DNA of 64,000 nucleotides from Candidatus Nealsonbacteria bacterium (lineage in GTDB: Bacteria > Patescibacteriota > Minisyncoccia > Minisyncoccales > MHMH01). How positions within the stretch are numbered: the first letter of the stretch is position 1; each line of letters starts with the position of its first letter. The stretch lies in assembly GCA_016188865.1 (NCBI GenBank), contig JACPGX010000001.1, positions 77,197-141,196 on the forward strand, given 5' to 3'. Below are positions 47,834-58,085 of the stretch, one piece after another. The translations under genes were made by a program, and so were the position numbers. The notes below the pieces were generated by a model. The model worked only from the letters and a program-made list of their open reading frames with translations. It had not been told where the DNA came from and made no database searches.

Positions 47834-49312
47834 TTACATATTAGCAGAGGGGGCTAGTTCTGTCAAGAGTAATTGAATCAACTGTTTTAACAGTTCAATG
47901 ATCTTCAATTGTATGGCGGTAATCTGATTTTTTAATTCAGCGATCGCTTTTTCTTTTCCCATATCTGCTTTCGGTTCTTCTCTTATAACCTGCGCTTGAT
48001 TAGTCTTAGTAGCGGCTGACCAAAAGAAAGAATACGACGGTTGAATCCCGTTAAAGCCGGAAATCTTATTTTGAGCGATGGGAATAATTGTTAAAGAAGC
48101 ATACTGGATACCGAAATTTTCCAGGGTAATTCTTCCGGTTCCATTAGTATCAAGAATTAAATTATTAACCGAAAGGTTTCCCTGCGAATCTTCGATAATG
48201 TAGGGTACTTTAAATTGGCTATTGCCGTTAACTTTGAATTCAATCTCCAGCCTCCCTCTGCCACCGATAAATCTATGCCAATTACCGGACCAATCTTTGG
48301 TGGTATTATTAACCGATAAAACACTGTCGCCGACAAATGGAAGATAATTGACTAACGGAACAAGCCTAAAATCTTTTAAATTTTGATTATAATAACAATA
48401 TTTTTCTGAAACTTGGCAGTTATTAAGTAAAACAGCAATAGCCCAATTATTAAAAATCTGAACGAAATCTTCTTTAAAGCCCTGGCGGACTAAAATAGCA
48501 TTTAAGCTTTCAATTCCTGTTTTTCTTAATTTTATAGAATCTGCCAGAATACTGACGCCATAATGATCAACTAGATATTGTGTAAATAAATTCACGACTC
48601 CGTAATCTCCTGCGGTTTCTCTCCATTCGGTCAAAGAATCAGACGACCTATCAAGAAAATCCTTTACCCTCCCCTGAAGATTGCTGCCTTCATACTTTTT
48701 ATCATAGCCCAAGAGGGTTGAAGAAAAATCTGCCCTGGCTTCATTTAGCCAAACATCTTCAGAAACATTATTAATTTTATCTTTTTGATTAAAAGTGACC
48801 AAATGAACAAATTCATGGGCCAGGAAAACCTTAATATCAGGGGTATTAATATATTGGGAACTCAAGTAAATCATTTCTCTCTCATTGGATTCTGGAGCCT
48901 GAACTTTTGGATATTCATTCGCTAAATTAATATAGCCGCCACTTTCTTTTTTCATGGGATGAATCAAAATAGTGATTCTCGTATCTTTATCGATACCGGG
49001 AGTCCACTCAAGGCCGAAAGTTCTTGTTAAAATAGGGTAAATATCGTCCTCGAATTCTAAGATTAGAGAATCAAGAGATTCCCCTGTAATTTTTTGCTCT
49101 TCAGTACCCAATGATTTCCACCAAGCGCTATCGGCAAGCCAATAAGCTCTGGGGGAAATCTTTATTAAAACAGCGGTCAGGGAATCTCTCCCGGAAAAAT
49201 CGTAAGATGATTCAATGTTAAAAAATATTTCCTGGCCAATAATATCTTGGGCCTTAATAAAAATTGGCGAAAATAGAGTTATCAGAATAACAGATATAAA
49301 AATTCTTTTCAT
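47834..49312 (-). CDS. Secreted zinc metallopeptidase-like protein
   Basis: Signal peptide, AHEFVH, WLNEA, C-terminal coiled coil. Confidence 0.7.
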   Translation of the reverse strand: MKRIFISVILITLFSPIFIKAQDIIGQEIFFNIESSYDFSGRDSLTAVLIKISPRAYWLADSAWWKSLGTEEQKITGESLDSLILEFEDDIYPILTRTFGLEWTPGIDKDTRITILIHPMKKESGGYINLANEYPKVQAPESNEREMIYLSSQYINTPDIKVFLAHEFVHLVTFNQKDKINNVSEDVWLNEARADFSSTLLGYDKKYEGSNLQGRVKDFLDRSSDSLTEWRETAGDYGVVNLFTQYLVDHYGVSILADSIKLRKTGIESLNAILVRQGFKEDFVQIFNNWAIAVLLNNCQVSEKYCYYNQNLKDFRLVPLVNYLPFVGDSVLSVNNTTKDWSGNWHRFIGGRGRLEIEFKVNGNSQFKVPYIIEDSQGNLSVNNLILDTNGTGRITLENFGIQYASLTIIPIAQNKISGFNGIQPSYSFFWSAATKTNQAQVIREEPKADMGKEKAIAELKNQITAIQLKIIELLKQLIQLLLTELAPSANM

Positions 49313-49314
49313 TT

Positions 49315-51561
49315 TTATTTAGGCAGTTGTTTTAAAAATTTTTCAACCTCCGGAAGCAAACTTTCATCTATCTTAGCTGCCCTATCGGCTGCCTCTTCGG
49401 CTTTTTGATAATCTCTTATATTGGCATAACTAGCAGCCAAAGCTGCCCAAAGCTTGGCATCGTCGGGAGCGCGTTCTAATGCTTCTAGAAGAAGGGGGAT
49501 CAACCTCTCATCTTCGCCCAAAAGCCGATAAATATCCATCACTCTCCGCAGGTTATCTAAATCAGTCTTCCAATCAAAGTTATATTTTTCCGCCTCAAGA
49601 ACTTCTGCTTTGGCTAACTTGTATTGACCGGCTATCTGGTAAGCCATGGCCAAATACCAATGCGAATTACCCAGTCGGGGTTCAAGATCTACGGCCTTTC
49701 TCAACAGGGTAATTCCCTCTTCAATTCTTCCTTGAGTAACCCTTGTTTCGGCTAGTTGCCAATAGCCCTGCTGATTAGTCGGACTCAACTCTATGGCCTT
49801 TTCCAATACGTTTTGGGCCCTCTTTATTTTCTCCTGATCATTGCTGAAACGATGGGAGTTCAAATATAACTCTCCTAAAAATAGGTGCTGGCGGAAATCC
49901 AGGGAATTTTCCATAATATTTTTTTCCATCTCCATTTCGGTTAATTCAATGGTCTTCTGAAGAGTCGGTCGCATGTCTTCGGATGTTTCCCGACGAATCG
50001 CCCCGCCTATCCTTTGAGAAAAATTTTCTCTGGCTTCGTATTTATTCATTGAAGTTGACAGGGATTTTCCAAAAAATGAATAGGTCTGATCGATATATTG
50101 GCTGCTTAGCGCTTTAATGAGATAGTAATTAGCGATCATTGGCTTGATATTCCCCCACCAGAGCGCGGGTAATATAGCCAAAATAATAACTATGGCTAAA
50201 AGCGGATTAAACCGTTTAACTGCCATTTCTCCTGAAGAATCATTTGATTTTTGAGTTAAGAAATTAATAAAACCCAGGCTTAGAAAAAATACTAAATAAG
50301 AGTTTATCATATCGAAAACCAGCAAATTCTGTAAAAAATAGACTATCAAAAGAATAGCAAGGCCTAGAAGGAGAAACAGATTTTTTCTTTCTATAACCCT
50401 TGAGGCAGCCACCAATAATTTGTAGATTGCAATTCCAAAAATAAATAAATAAGCTACCAATCCAGCCACTCCGGTAGTTACCAAAGTGTCAAAAACAATA
50501 TTATGAACTCTATCAAACCAAATTTCTCCGCCATAAGTCGATAAAAAGACGCGCGGATTAAAATATTTTGTAAAAACAACATTAAAATTTTCCGGGCCCC
50601 ATCCCAAAATCGGCCTTTCCAGGAAACCCTTAAGGCCATTCTCCCAAACTACGAATCTGGCTTGCATTACATCAAGCGAATGTTGCACAAAATCTTTAAC
50701 AAAAGCGGGCTGAAAAATAATAAGTATTGCCCCAAAAATTACAGTAGTTAGAATAATCGCCCAAGCTAATCTTTTGAAAATCTTTTCTTTAGAGAATATA
50801 AAATAACCTAAAGTCAGCAAATACAGCCCTAGAAAAAAAGAAACGATAGCTCCTTGAGCGGTGGAAGTAAGCAACACTGGCAACAAAATAAGCAAACAAA
50901 CGCCAGAGAAAATCTGCCAAAATCCTCTTTTGGATAAAAACAAAATTAAAGCAAAAAATACATCAAAAAGCAGATAAGCTGCCATAAAAGAAGTGTTGCC
51001 AATGGTGCCGCCCCCTCTAGTGGAGGCCTGATTTCCCATCAAAACATATAAACTCAAAAAAACTCCGGCAATGATAGAAACGCCTAAAAATTTATCCCAA
51101 TCGTCTTTCTTCTTAAAGCAGTTGCTTAAAATAATAAAAAAGGCGTAGAGATGCAGCATCGTCCAAATGCCAGTCATTCTCTCATAAGTTGACCAAAAAG
51201 ATCTTGCTAAGTTAACGCCAGTAAAAGAGGCTAAAATAAACACTGCCAAAAAAAGAGTAATAGCGAGAGTTAGGGCATTAATTCTAGGGCGATATTTTCC
51301 GGCATTTGAAATGACCAAAAATATGTAAGCGGCTAAAACTATTTCAACGATTATCCTGAAAAAAGTTGTTTTAGGCGCGACAAAAGGAAAGAAAAATTTA
51401 GTATTTATAATCAAGGGGGTAAACATTATCAAGTAAATTCCCCACCTAATAATAAAAATGCAGGTCCTTTCCAGACCGGTTTGAAATTGTAATTTTGGTC
51501 TTTCCCACCCGCCTTCGCCAATGCTTCGGCGGGCGAGTTTTTCTCTTGATTGCTTACCCAT
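49315..51561 (-). CDS. O-antigen ligase/oligosaccharyltransferase family protein with TPRs
   Basis: Multi-TM, GTIGN, RPILGWGPENF, DRVHN, C-terminal TPRs. Confidence 0.85.
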   Translation of the reverse strand: MGKQSREKLARRSIGEGGWERPKLQFQTGLERTCIFIIRWGIYLIMFTPLIINTKFFFPFVAPKTTFFRIIVEIVLAAYIFLVISNAGKYRPRINALTLAITLFLAVFILASFTGVNLARSFWSTYERMTGIWTMLHLYAFFIILSNCFKKKDDWDKFLGVSIIAGVFLSLYVLMGNQASTRGGGTIGNTSFMAAYLLFDVFFALILFLSKRGFWQIFSGVCLLILLPVLLTSTAQGAIVSFFLGLYLLTLGYFIFSKEKIFKRLAWAIILTTVIFGAILIIFQPAFVKDFVQHSLDVMQARFVVWENGLKGFLERPILGWGPENFNVVFTKYFNPRVFLSTYGGEIWFDRVHNIVFDTLVTTGVAGLVAYLFIFGIAIYKLLVAASRVIERKNLFLLLGLAILLIVYFLQNLLVFDMINSYLVFFLSLGFINFLTQKSNDSSGEMAVKRFNPLLAIVIILAILPALWWGNIKPMIANYYLIKALSSQYIDQTYSFFGKSLSTSMNKYEARENFSQRIGGAIRRETSEDMRPTLQKTIELTEMEMEKNIMENSLDFRQHLFLGELYLNSHRFSNDQEKIKRAQNVLEKAIELSPTNQQGYWQLAETRVTQGRIEEGITLLRKAVDLEPRLGNSHWYLAMAYQIAGQYKLAKAEVLEAEKYNFDWKTDLDNLRRVMDIYRLLGEDERLIPLLLEALERAPDDAKLWAALAASYANIRDYQKAEEAADRAAKIDESLLPEVEKFLKQLPK

Positions 51562-51618
51562 TAAAACTATTTTAACTAATCATTGAAATTTAAGCAAGCT
51601 TAGAGTACAATTAAACTG

Positions 51619-52935
51619 ATGCTGAATACTCTAAACCTCAGAAGATTTCTTCTAATAACTTCTGATATTATTCTCTTATATTTTTCGCTGATAGTCGTAG
51701 TATTTTGGGATTTCCGAGAAAAGCATTTCCTAAAAACCCTGGATGAGCACTTGGTCCCCTTCTCTATCCTTTATTTTTTTTGGCTGATTATTTTTTATAT
51801 CTTTGGCTTGTATGATCTCAGCCTAATCAGAATTAAAGAAACTTTTCGCGCAAGAATGCCGGGGGCCCTGTCTACTGCATTAATATTGGGATTAATATTT
51901 TTCTATCTTTTTCCATTTTTTGAGCTCACCCCTAAAACTAATCTAGTTTTAAATGTTTTAATTTTTACGGTATTACAATATTTTTGGCGTAAAATATTCT
52001 TAACCTTATTTTCTTCCAAATTCCTAACCAAAATAGTAATTGTCGGCCAAGCCCAGAAAGCTTCGGAATTAGCCGAAGAAATAAATGCCAGGCCTCATTT
52101 GGGTTATAGGCTCATCGAATTAAAAAATGATAAAGATCTAATGAGCCAGATTAAAGAACAAAAAATTGATACGATATTAGTGCCTCCAGATTTGGCTTTT
52201 AATTCTGAACTAATTAAAAATCTTTATCAATGTTTGCCGGCCAGAGTGAAATTTTTAGATTGGACCAGCGCCTATGAAATAATCACCGGGAAAATACCCG
52301 TTTTATCCATCAACCATATATGGTTTCTGCAAAACCTTAAGGGGGGAAAAAAAATATTTTACGATATGATAAAAAGGGCTTTAGATGTTATCTGGGCTGG
52401 GATTATCTTTATATTAACTATGCCAATTTGGTTAATAATAATGATATTAATCAAACTGGAAGACGGGGGTCCCGTCATTTACACTCAGGAAAGAATAGGC
52501 AAAGATAAAAGACCATTTCTGCTTTTCAAATTCCGCTCAATGAAGCCTGAGGCTGAAAAATTAACCGGTCCGCTTTGGGCAGAAGCTCGAGACTATAGGG
52601 CCACTAAAGTCGGAGCTATTTTGAGGAAAATTCACCTTGATGAACTTCCTCAAATGATTAATGCGCTTAAAGGCGAAATCAGCTTAGTGGGCCCCAGACC
52701 GGAAAGGCCGGAGTTTGTTTGGCAATTAGAGAAAGAAATTCCGCACTATCATCTTCGCCACTTAATCAAGCCCGGTTTCACCGGCTGGGCCCAGCTGAAA
52801 TTCAGATATGGAAGGTCGATAATGGATGCCAAGGAAAAATTCCAGTATGACCTTTATTATATTAAAAATAGGTCATTATTTTTGGACTTAGGTATTTTGC
52901 TAAAAACCTTTCAATTATTTTTCAAAAAAGAGTGA
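51619..52935 (+). CDS. Polyprenyl glycosylphosphotransferase (priming sugar transferase)
   Basis: KRALD, KFRSM, LDELPQ, LVGPRPE, KPGFTGWAQ. Confidence 0.93.
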   Translation: MLNTLNLRRFLLITSDIILLYFSLIVVVFWDFREKHFLKTLDEHLVPFSILYFFWLIIFYIFGLYDLSLIRIKETFRARMPGALSTALILGLIFFYLFPFFELTPKTNLVLNVLIFTVLQYFWRKIFLTLFSSKFLTKIVIVGQAQKASELAEEINARPHLGYRLIELKNDKDLMSQIKEQKIDTILVPPDLAFNSELIKNLYQCLPARVKFLDWTSAYEIITGKIPVLSINHIWFLQNLKGGKKIFYDMIKRALDVIWAGIIFILTMPIWLIIMILIKLEDGGPVIYTQERIGKDKRPFLLFKFRSMKPEAEKLTGPLWAEARDYRATKVGAILRKIHLDELPQMINALKGEISLVGPRPERPEFVWQLEKEIPHYHLRHLIKPGFTGWAQLKFRYGRSIMDAKEKFQYDLYYIKNRSLFLDLGILLKTFQLFFKKE

Positions 52936-54206
52936 TAACAAATTACCTTAAAAATAAAATATACAGGTTTTTACGCCTGGCTCAAAAATACACAGGCACG
53001 GACAATGTTTATTTGGCTAAAGGAGGATTTTGGCTGTCTTCGAGCCAAATTTTTTCAATGGCCATTGCTTTTTTTTCGGCCGTGGCCTTTGCCAACTTGC
53101 TAAACCCGGCAACATATGGAAACTATAAATATATTTTATCTCTGGCAGAAATTTTGGAAATTACGTCTTTAGCGGGAGTGGGGGCCGCCGTAACTCAAGC
53201 CGTAGCCCGCAATTTGGAAGGTTCTTTTTATTCGGGCTTCAAAACCAAATTAAAATGGGGGCTTATTGGAAGCCTAGCGGCCATGATAGCTGTTATTTAT
53301 TATTGGTTAAGAGGCAATGAGACCCTATCTTTACCGCTTATTGTTGCGGCTGTTTTTCTGCCGATTTTAAACGCCTCGCATATTTACACTGCTTTTTTAG
53401 GTGGAAGAAAATTATTTAATTACCAAGTCAAATACACGATCGTCAGCCAAATTATTTCAGTGGGAGCGATCATTGCCGCTCTTTTCCTAACCAAAAACCT
53501 TTTATGGCTGATTATCGTGTATTTTACCTCAAACTCTTTCACAAACTTTTTTTTCTACTTCTTGACCAAGTTTAAATTCCGGCCAAATAAAAAAGAAGAT
53601 CCCCAAACCATCTCTTACGGCAAACATTTAAGCTTAATGGGAGTCGTTTCTGGGATAGCCAGTCGTTTGGACAAACTGCTTCTTTTTAATTCAATCGGAG
53701 CCGCTCCGTTGGCAATTTATTCTTTTGCCACAATTATTCCGGAGCAGATTGAAAGAATTTTGGGAAATGTTGAATCCCTCGCTTTCCCCAAATTAGCTTC
53801 AAAATCAGAAAAATATATCAGGGTGAATCTAATGCAAAAATTTTGGAAACTATCCATTCTAACGGGCATGGCTATGGTTGTTTCTATCGCAATTATCCCG
53901 TTTTTTTATAAAATATTTTTCCCGCGATATCTTGATTCCATAATCTATTCTCAGGCATTCGTGCTCACTTTTGTTTCCATTCCAATAAGCTTGTTGGGCA
54001 CGACTTTCAAGGCCAAGATGATGAAAAAAGAACTTTACTTAATTAAAGTGGGCTCTTTTATCAAAATATGCCTCATGGCAATATTGATTCCCATTTACGG
54101 TATCTGGGGAGCTATAGTGGCCGCCATTGGAGCTGAAATTTTCAAAAGCGGATTGGTCTTGTTTTTATTTTTCAGAAAATTTAAAGATGGGCCTGCCTCC
54201 TTCTGA
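52932..54206 (+). CDS. Wzx-like oligosaccharide flippase
   Basis: Many TM segments, YGNY.Y, LDKLLL, LIPIYGIWGA. Confidence 0.85.
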   Translation: MITNYLKNKIYRFLRLAQKYTGTDNVYLAKGGFWLSSSQIFSMAIAFFSAVAFANLLNPATYGNYKYILSLAEILEITSLAGVGAAVTQAVARNLEGSFYSGFKTKLKWGLIGSLAAMIAVIYYWLRGNETLSLPLIVAAVFLPILNASHIYTAFLGGRKLFNYQVKYTIVSQIISVGAIIAALFLTKNLLWLIIVYFTSNSFTNFFFYFLTKFKFRPNKKEDPQTISYGKHLSLMGVVSGIASRLDKLLLFNSIGAAPLAIYSFATIIPEQIERILGNVESLAFPKLASKSEKYIRVNLMQKFWKLSILTGMAMVVSIAIIPFFYKIFFPRYLDSIIYSQAFVLTFVSIPISLLGTTFKAKMMKKELYLIKVGSFIKICLMAILIPIYGIWGAIVAAIGAEIFKSGLVLFLFFRKFKDGPASF

Positions 54207-54917
54207 TTTGCCAACAAACTCAACTTTCTTAAAGCAGGAGTTTTGAATTATAAAATCAACGAATTGCTCCGGAGTGTAATTTTTATAAAAAATTTTACCG
54301 CCGAATTCACGGGGTAAATGCGGTTCAAAAAATAATTCTTTGGCCTCAAGGCGCTTTAAAAAAATGATCAAATTAAAATAAGCTTCTTTACTTTTTAAAA
54401 AATGATGGAAGACGCTTAAAGCCAATACTACATCAAAAACCAACTTTTCATTTTTTTTATAATTAAAAATTGACTGCGGAATCACTTTAAAGCTTTTATT
54501 AGCCGCTTTTTTTAATTTTTCTATAAAATAACTCAACATTCTATTTTCCTCCAAAGCGCAACAATCGAACCCCTCATCCTCAAATTTATGGCAGAAATAT
54601 CCCAAATTGGCTCCAATATCCAATAAGGTCCCTTTTCTTGCGGTAAGATTTTCCTTAATTATCTTAAAACGATCATCGCTATTTCTTAAAAAGGGAACGT
54701 CTTCGAAGCCGCGACCCGCGAAAGACTGATAGGGTCGGTCTTTTCCGTAAAAAAGAAGAAGCTCTTTTTTGAGCTGGTTTTCGCCAGACATGAAATAGGC
54801 CCTTAATTGCAAAATATTTTTTTCTATCTCAAATTTAATGCCATCGAAAACTTTCCAGATAATCGCCAGATGCATATCAAAAATAATTTTTTTGACAGCG
54901 ATAACAACCATTGTCAT
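54165..54917 (-). CDS. Class I SAM-dependent methyltransferase
   Basis: LLDIGANLGYF, FDVVLALSVFHH. Confidence 0.8.
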   Translation of the reverse strand: MTMVVIAVKKIIFDMHLAIIWKVFDGIKFEIEKNILQLRAYFMSGENQLKKELLLFYGKDRPYQSFAGRGFEDVPFLRNSDDRFKIIKENLTARKGTLLDIGANLGYFCHKFEDEGFDCCALEENRMLSYFIEKLKKAANKSFKVIPQSIFNYKKNEKLVFDVVLALSVFHHFLKSKEAYFNLIIFLKRLEAKELFFEPHLPREFGGKIFYKNYTPEQFVDFIIQNSCFKKVEFVGKSEGGRPIFKFSEK

Positions 54918-56431
54918 ATAATAATTTCTTTTATAACTTTGCCGTCCATATCTTCCGGAATCGACACATTAAACATAGATAGAATGGTAGGAGTTAGATC
55001 TAGAACGTTCAATTCTCCGATATCGCCTGCGTTTTTTATGTTAGGACCGAAGGCAAGAAAAATACCTTCTCTTATTATCATGTGGCCGCCGCGAGCAACT
55101 TTCGCTACCCGCGTTATCGATCTTTTTCTAGTAAGGGAAAAGGGCAAAAAACCGGTCGGCAAAAATTTGCTGTTTGGCAAATAGGCAATGTCCGGAAATT
55201 TTTCTACGCCCTCGCCGCTGAATATCTCTTCTCTCTTCCAAACATATTTAATGATTTTTTCGCCATTTTTGTCTTTCAACTCTCTCATTTTTTTCATTAT
55301 TTCCGACCTCACTTCTTCGTAATCTCTTTTTAAATTCTCTTTGAATATCTTAATCCCCCAAAAATCGTGATTGCTTGCCACGGTTTTTGACCAATCAACC
55401 CCCATTGCCTTTGACTCGGAAGAATGCTTTTTAAGACGCCAGCTTCGATCAATCTTAAAGGGCTGGTTTACTTCTTTTTTATTTTTTTTATTAATTATGC
55501 TTTTAATGCTGTCCAATAAGTAATAGAGAAATCCGAGATAGCGATACCTGTAAGCTCCGGGTATTTTTATTAAAAAATTATTTATTGCCTGCACTATCCA
55601 CTGTTGGATTATATTGCCTTTCAACTTCAAGTAGCCTTCTTTTTTCAGCCATGATTTTGGATAAAACTCGTAAATCGGCACTGCGTCAAAGCCGTGGTCG
55701 CTCATAATAATGATATTCGCATCGGGATTATTTTCCATAACATCATTAAGGTTTTTATCTATTTCCTTAAAAAATCTTGAAAGATATTCTTCCTCCCCCC
55801 AAAAATCATGTTGTATGGCATCCGATTCGTCTACCCAAAATAGAACAAAATCAAAGGCGGCATCCTTAATGACGTTCCTAATGATTTGGTATTTTTGTTT
55901 AGCGCTTTCAAGAAAAAAGTTGAACAACTCTTTTTCGCCTTCCATTGTCTTTTCGCCCGAAATTAATTTCAGAAATGTCTCTCTACCCAGATGGAATCCC
56001 CTCACTCTCTCTTTAAATTCTTTAGGATAAGTATATTCATCTTTTTCTGAAACAGAAAAGCCGGAAAGCATAACTCCCTCAACTGGAGTAGGCGGATGGG
56101 TGGTCGGCAAATTTAAAATGGCTGATTTAAGGCCGTAATTTCCTAAAATCTCCCAGATAGCCGGATTATTGATTCTTATTTTGTCGTATCTTGTCACATC
56201 GCAATCAAAACATGAAAAATCAAGACTCCCCCATTTCGCGGGATTTTTTCCCGTATAAAAAGAAATTATTGCAGTGCTGCTTCTGCAGGGAATAGAACTC
56301 ATCAGAGTGCCATGGGATCCCTTATCCAATATTTTTTTAAACGCAGGCAAAAGCCCTTTTTCTGCCAAAGGCTTTAATGATATCCATGTGCCTCCATCTA
56401 TGCCAAAAACTATTGTTTTATGTTTTTCCAT
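54914..56431 (-). CDS. Alkaline phosphatase superfamily (phosphodiesterase/NPP-type) protein
   Basis: FGIDG, TGKNP, D..QH, MSDHGF, DLTPTIL, DMDG. Confidence 0.85.
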   Translation of the reverse strand: MEKHKTIVFGIDGGTWISLKPLAEKGLLPAFKKILDKGSHGTLMSSIPCRSSTAIISFYTGKNPAKWGSLDFSCFDCDVTRYDKIRINNPAIWEILGNYGLKSAILNLPTTHPPTPVEGVMLSGFSVSEKDEYTYPKEFKERVRGFHLGRETFLKLISGEKTMEGEKELFNFFLESAKQKYQIIRNVIKDAAFDFVLFWVDESDAIQHDFWGEEEYLSRFFKEIDKNLNDVMENNPDANIIIMSDHGFDAVPIYEFYPKSWLKKEGYLKLKGNIIQQWIVQAINNFLIKIPGAYRYRYLGFLYYLLDSIKSIINKKNKKEVNQPFKIDRSWRLKKHSSESKAMGVDWSKTVASNHDFWGIKIFKENLKRDYEEVRSEIMKKMRELKDKNGEKIIKYVWKREEIFSGEGVEKFPDIAYLPNSKFLPTGFLPFSLTRKRSITRVAKVARGGHMIIREGIFLAFGPNIKNAGDIGELNVLDLTPTILSMFNVSIPEDMDGKVIKEIII

Positions 56432-58085
56432 ATTTTAACGATTCTTCAACTGCCCATTTCGCTCCATTTTTGCGGGGGTCTCCAAAGAAGCGTTCCTGCA
56501 GCTGCTTTAAATATTCTTTTGAAATCTCACGGCTCTTTTTTATGCAATTTATTAATTCTATAGGATTTTCAGCAAAAAAACAATTGCGCTTCTCGAGGGA
56601 TTTTATGTCAAAATAATCTCCCCATTTTTTAGTCCTAAAAAAAATAAAAGGCTTCAACTGCAATAACGACTCAAGAACAGCTGTGCTGTGAGAACCGACA
56701 GCCATATCTGATTGCGAAATGGCCTCTTCCATAGTGCCGTGGAAATTTTTTATTTTCTCTGTAATTTTTTTATAGACCTCGGGGCGATTATCCTTCAGCC
56801 ACAACTCAAAAGCGTCTTTATAGGGACGGAATTTAATATGCATATCAAATTCTTTTATTTCCAAAAGCGTTGAAAGATAGGGCATAACTTCTTCGGGGGC
56901 TGCCAATCCCTCCGAGATAAAAAGCACCTTCAGGCGACCCTTTGAGGTCGAACCTCTCGCGAAAGGGAGAGGTTCGACCTCTCCAACTCCTTTCGTCAGC
57001 GGACGCATGGGGCCGGAAACATAAAATTGTTCCGGTTTATAGGCGTTGCTATTTCTGATGTAATAATCCAGCCACCAATCGGACCAAAGGCCGTATTTAT
57101 CAACCGAAAGATAATTTTTACTGTTAAATCCCGGCATAAAATCGGAAATAAGATAGTATTTGGAAGCAGCTCCGTGCTGTATGCCGACCGTTTTTATCCC
57201 AGTCATTTTGCAGGCTATAACTTCGTGGAAACTACGGTTGCTGGCAGTCGGCACTATGGCTGATTTCGCCCCTACCCATTGCCAGATGAATTTCATCACT
57301 TCAATGGACCAAACTGTCCCCCTGATATTGCGAAGATAATGAGTGGCAACCAAAAACCAAAATTTCTCATTCGGATTTCCGGCTGACTGAAATCTTTTTT
57401 CACCGAAGAAACCGGCTAAATAATGCACAAATCCAACGATTGCCGTAGAATAAATCACCGGCCTTCTTCTTCGCCAAGCATGCTTTAAAATTATTCTCCA
57501 TGATTCCAGGCTTCTGATAAATTCAACAAAATTAATCTTTCTTTGCCTCAATTCCTGGTAAATAAATTTGTATCTGAAATCAAAATCATCCTGCCCGCTG
57601 AATCTGTCGCTAGTTTCAAGCAATAATTTTGGTCGGGCTATTTTCAACCAAAATAAAAATATGAAAGAAAGGAAAAGCTGAAGCAATATACCGAAAGGAG
57701 GCAAAAATATCCTCTTTTTATAAATTAGACAACGGCAACTTTGAGTTTCTAAAAAATAGCGGAAGAGAGATGAAAAAGGCGGACGATAAAGATGAACCTC
57801 TCCAAAATTTTTTAGGTAATCAAGTAAATCGCGATATTGAGTATAGGGCAAACAAAACTGATAATAAATATCGTCATGATGAATCCACCACAGTTCATAT
57901 CCCTTATAAACGATGCTTGGCCTGGGAAGCCGGCAAAATAGCTGATAGGCCTCCTGAACGCTGCCCGGAGTTATGAAATCATCTAATTTTGGGAAACTCA
58001 ATACTTCATCAAATTGTTCAAACCAGGATTTCTTCTTTTTGGGGTAATTTTTCCCGAAAATCACTAGGATAGATTTATTTTTCAT
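56418..58085 (-). CDS. Glycan biosynthesis protein, possible GT-B ulosonate transferase
   Basis: GIQHG, IKFRP, STAVLES..QLKP; context next to a KdsB-like gene. Confidence 0.5.
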   Translation of the reverse strand: MKNKSILVIFGKNYPKKKKSWFEQFDEVLSFPKLDDFITPGSVQEAYQLFCRLPRPSIVYKGYELWWIHHDDIYYQFCLPYTQYRDLLDYLKNFGEVHLYRPPFSSLFRYFLETQSCRCLIYKKRIFLPPFGILLQLFLSFIFLFWLKIARPKLLLETSDRFSGQDDFDFRYKFIYQELRQRKINFVEFIRSLESWRIILKHAWRRRRPVIYSTAIVGFVHYLAGFFGEKRFQSAGNPNEKFWFLVATHYLRNIRGTVWSIEVMKFIWQWVGAKSAIVPTASNRSFHEVIACKMTGIKTVGIQHGAASKYYLISDFMPGFNSKNYLSVDKYGLWSDWWLDYYIRNSNAYKPEQFYVSGPMRPLTKGVGEVEPLPFARGSTSKGRLKVLFISEGLAAPEEVMPYLSTLLEIKEFDMHIKFRPYKDAFELWLKDNRPEVYKKITEKIKNFHGTMEEAISQSDMAVGSHSTAVLESLLQLKPFIFFRTKKWGDYFDIKSLEKRNCFFAENPIELINCIKKSREISKEYLKQLQERFFGDPRKNGAKWAVEESLKYGKT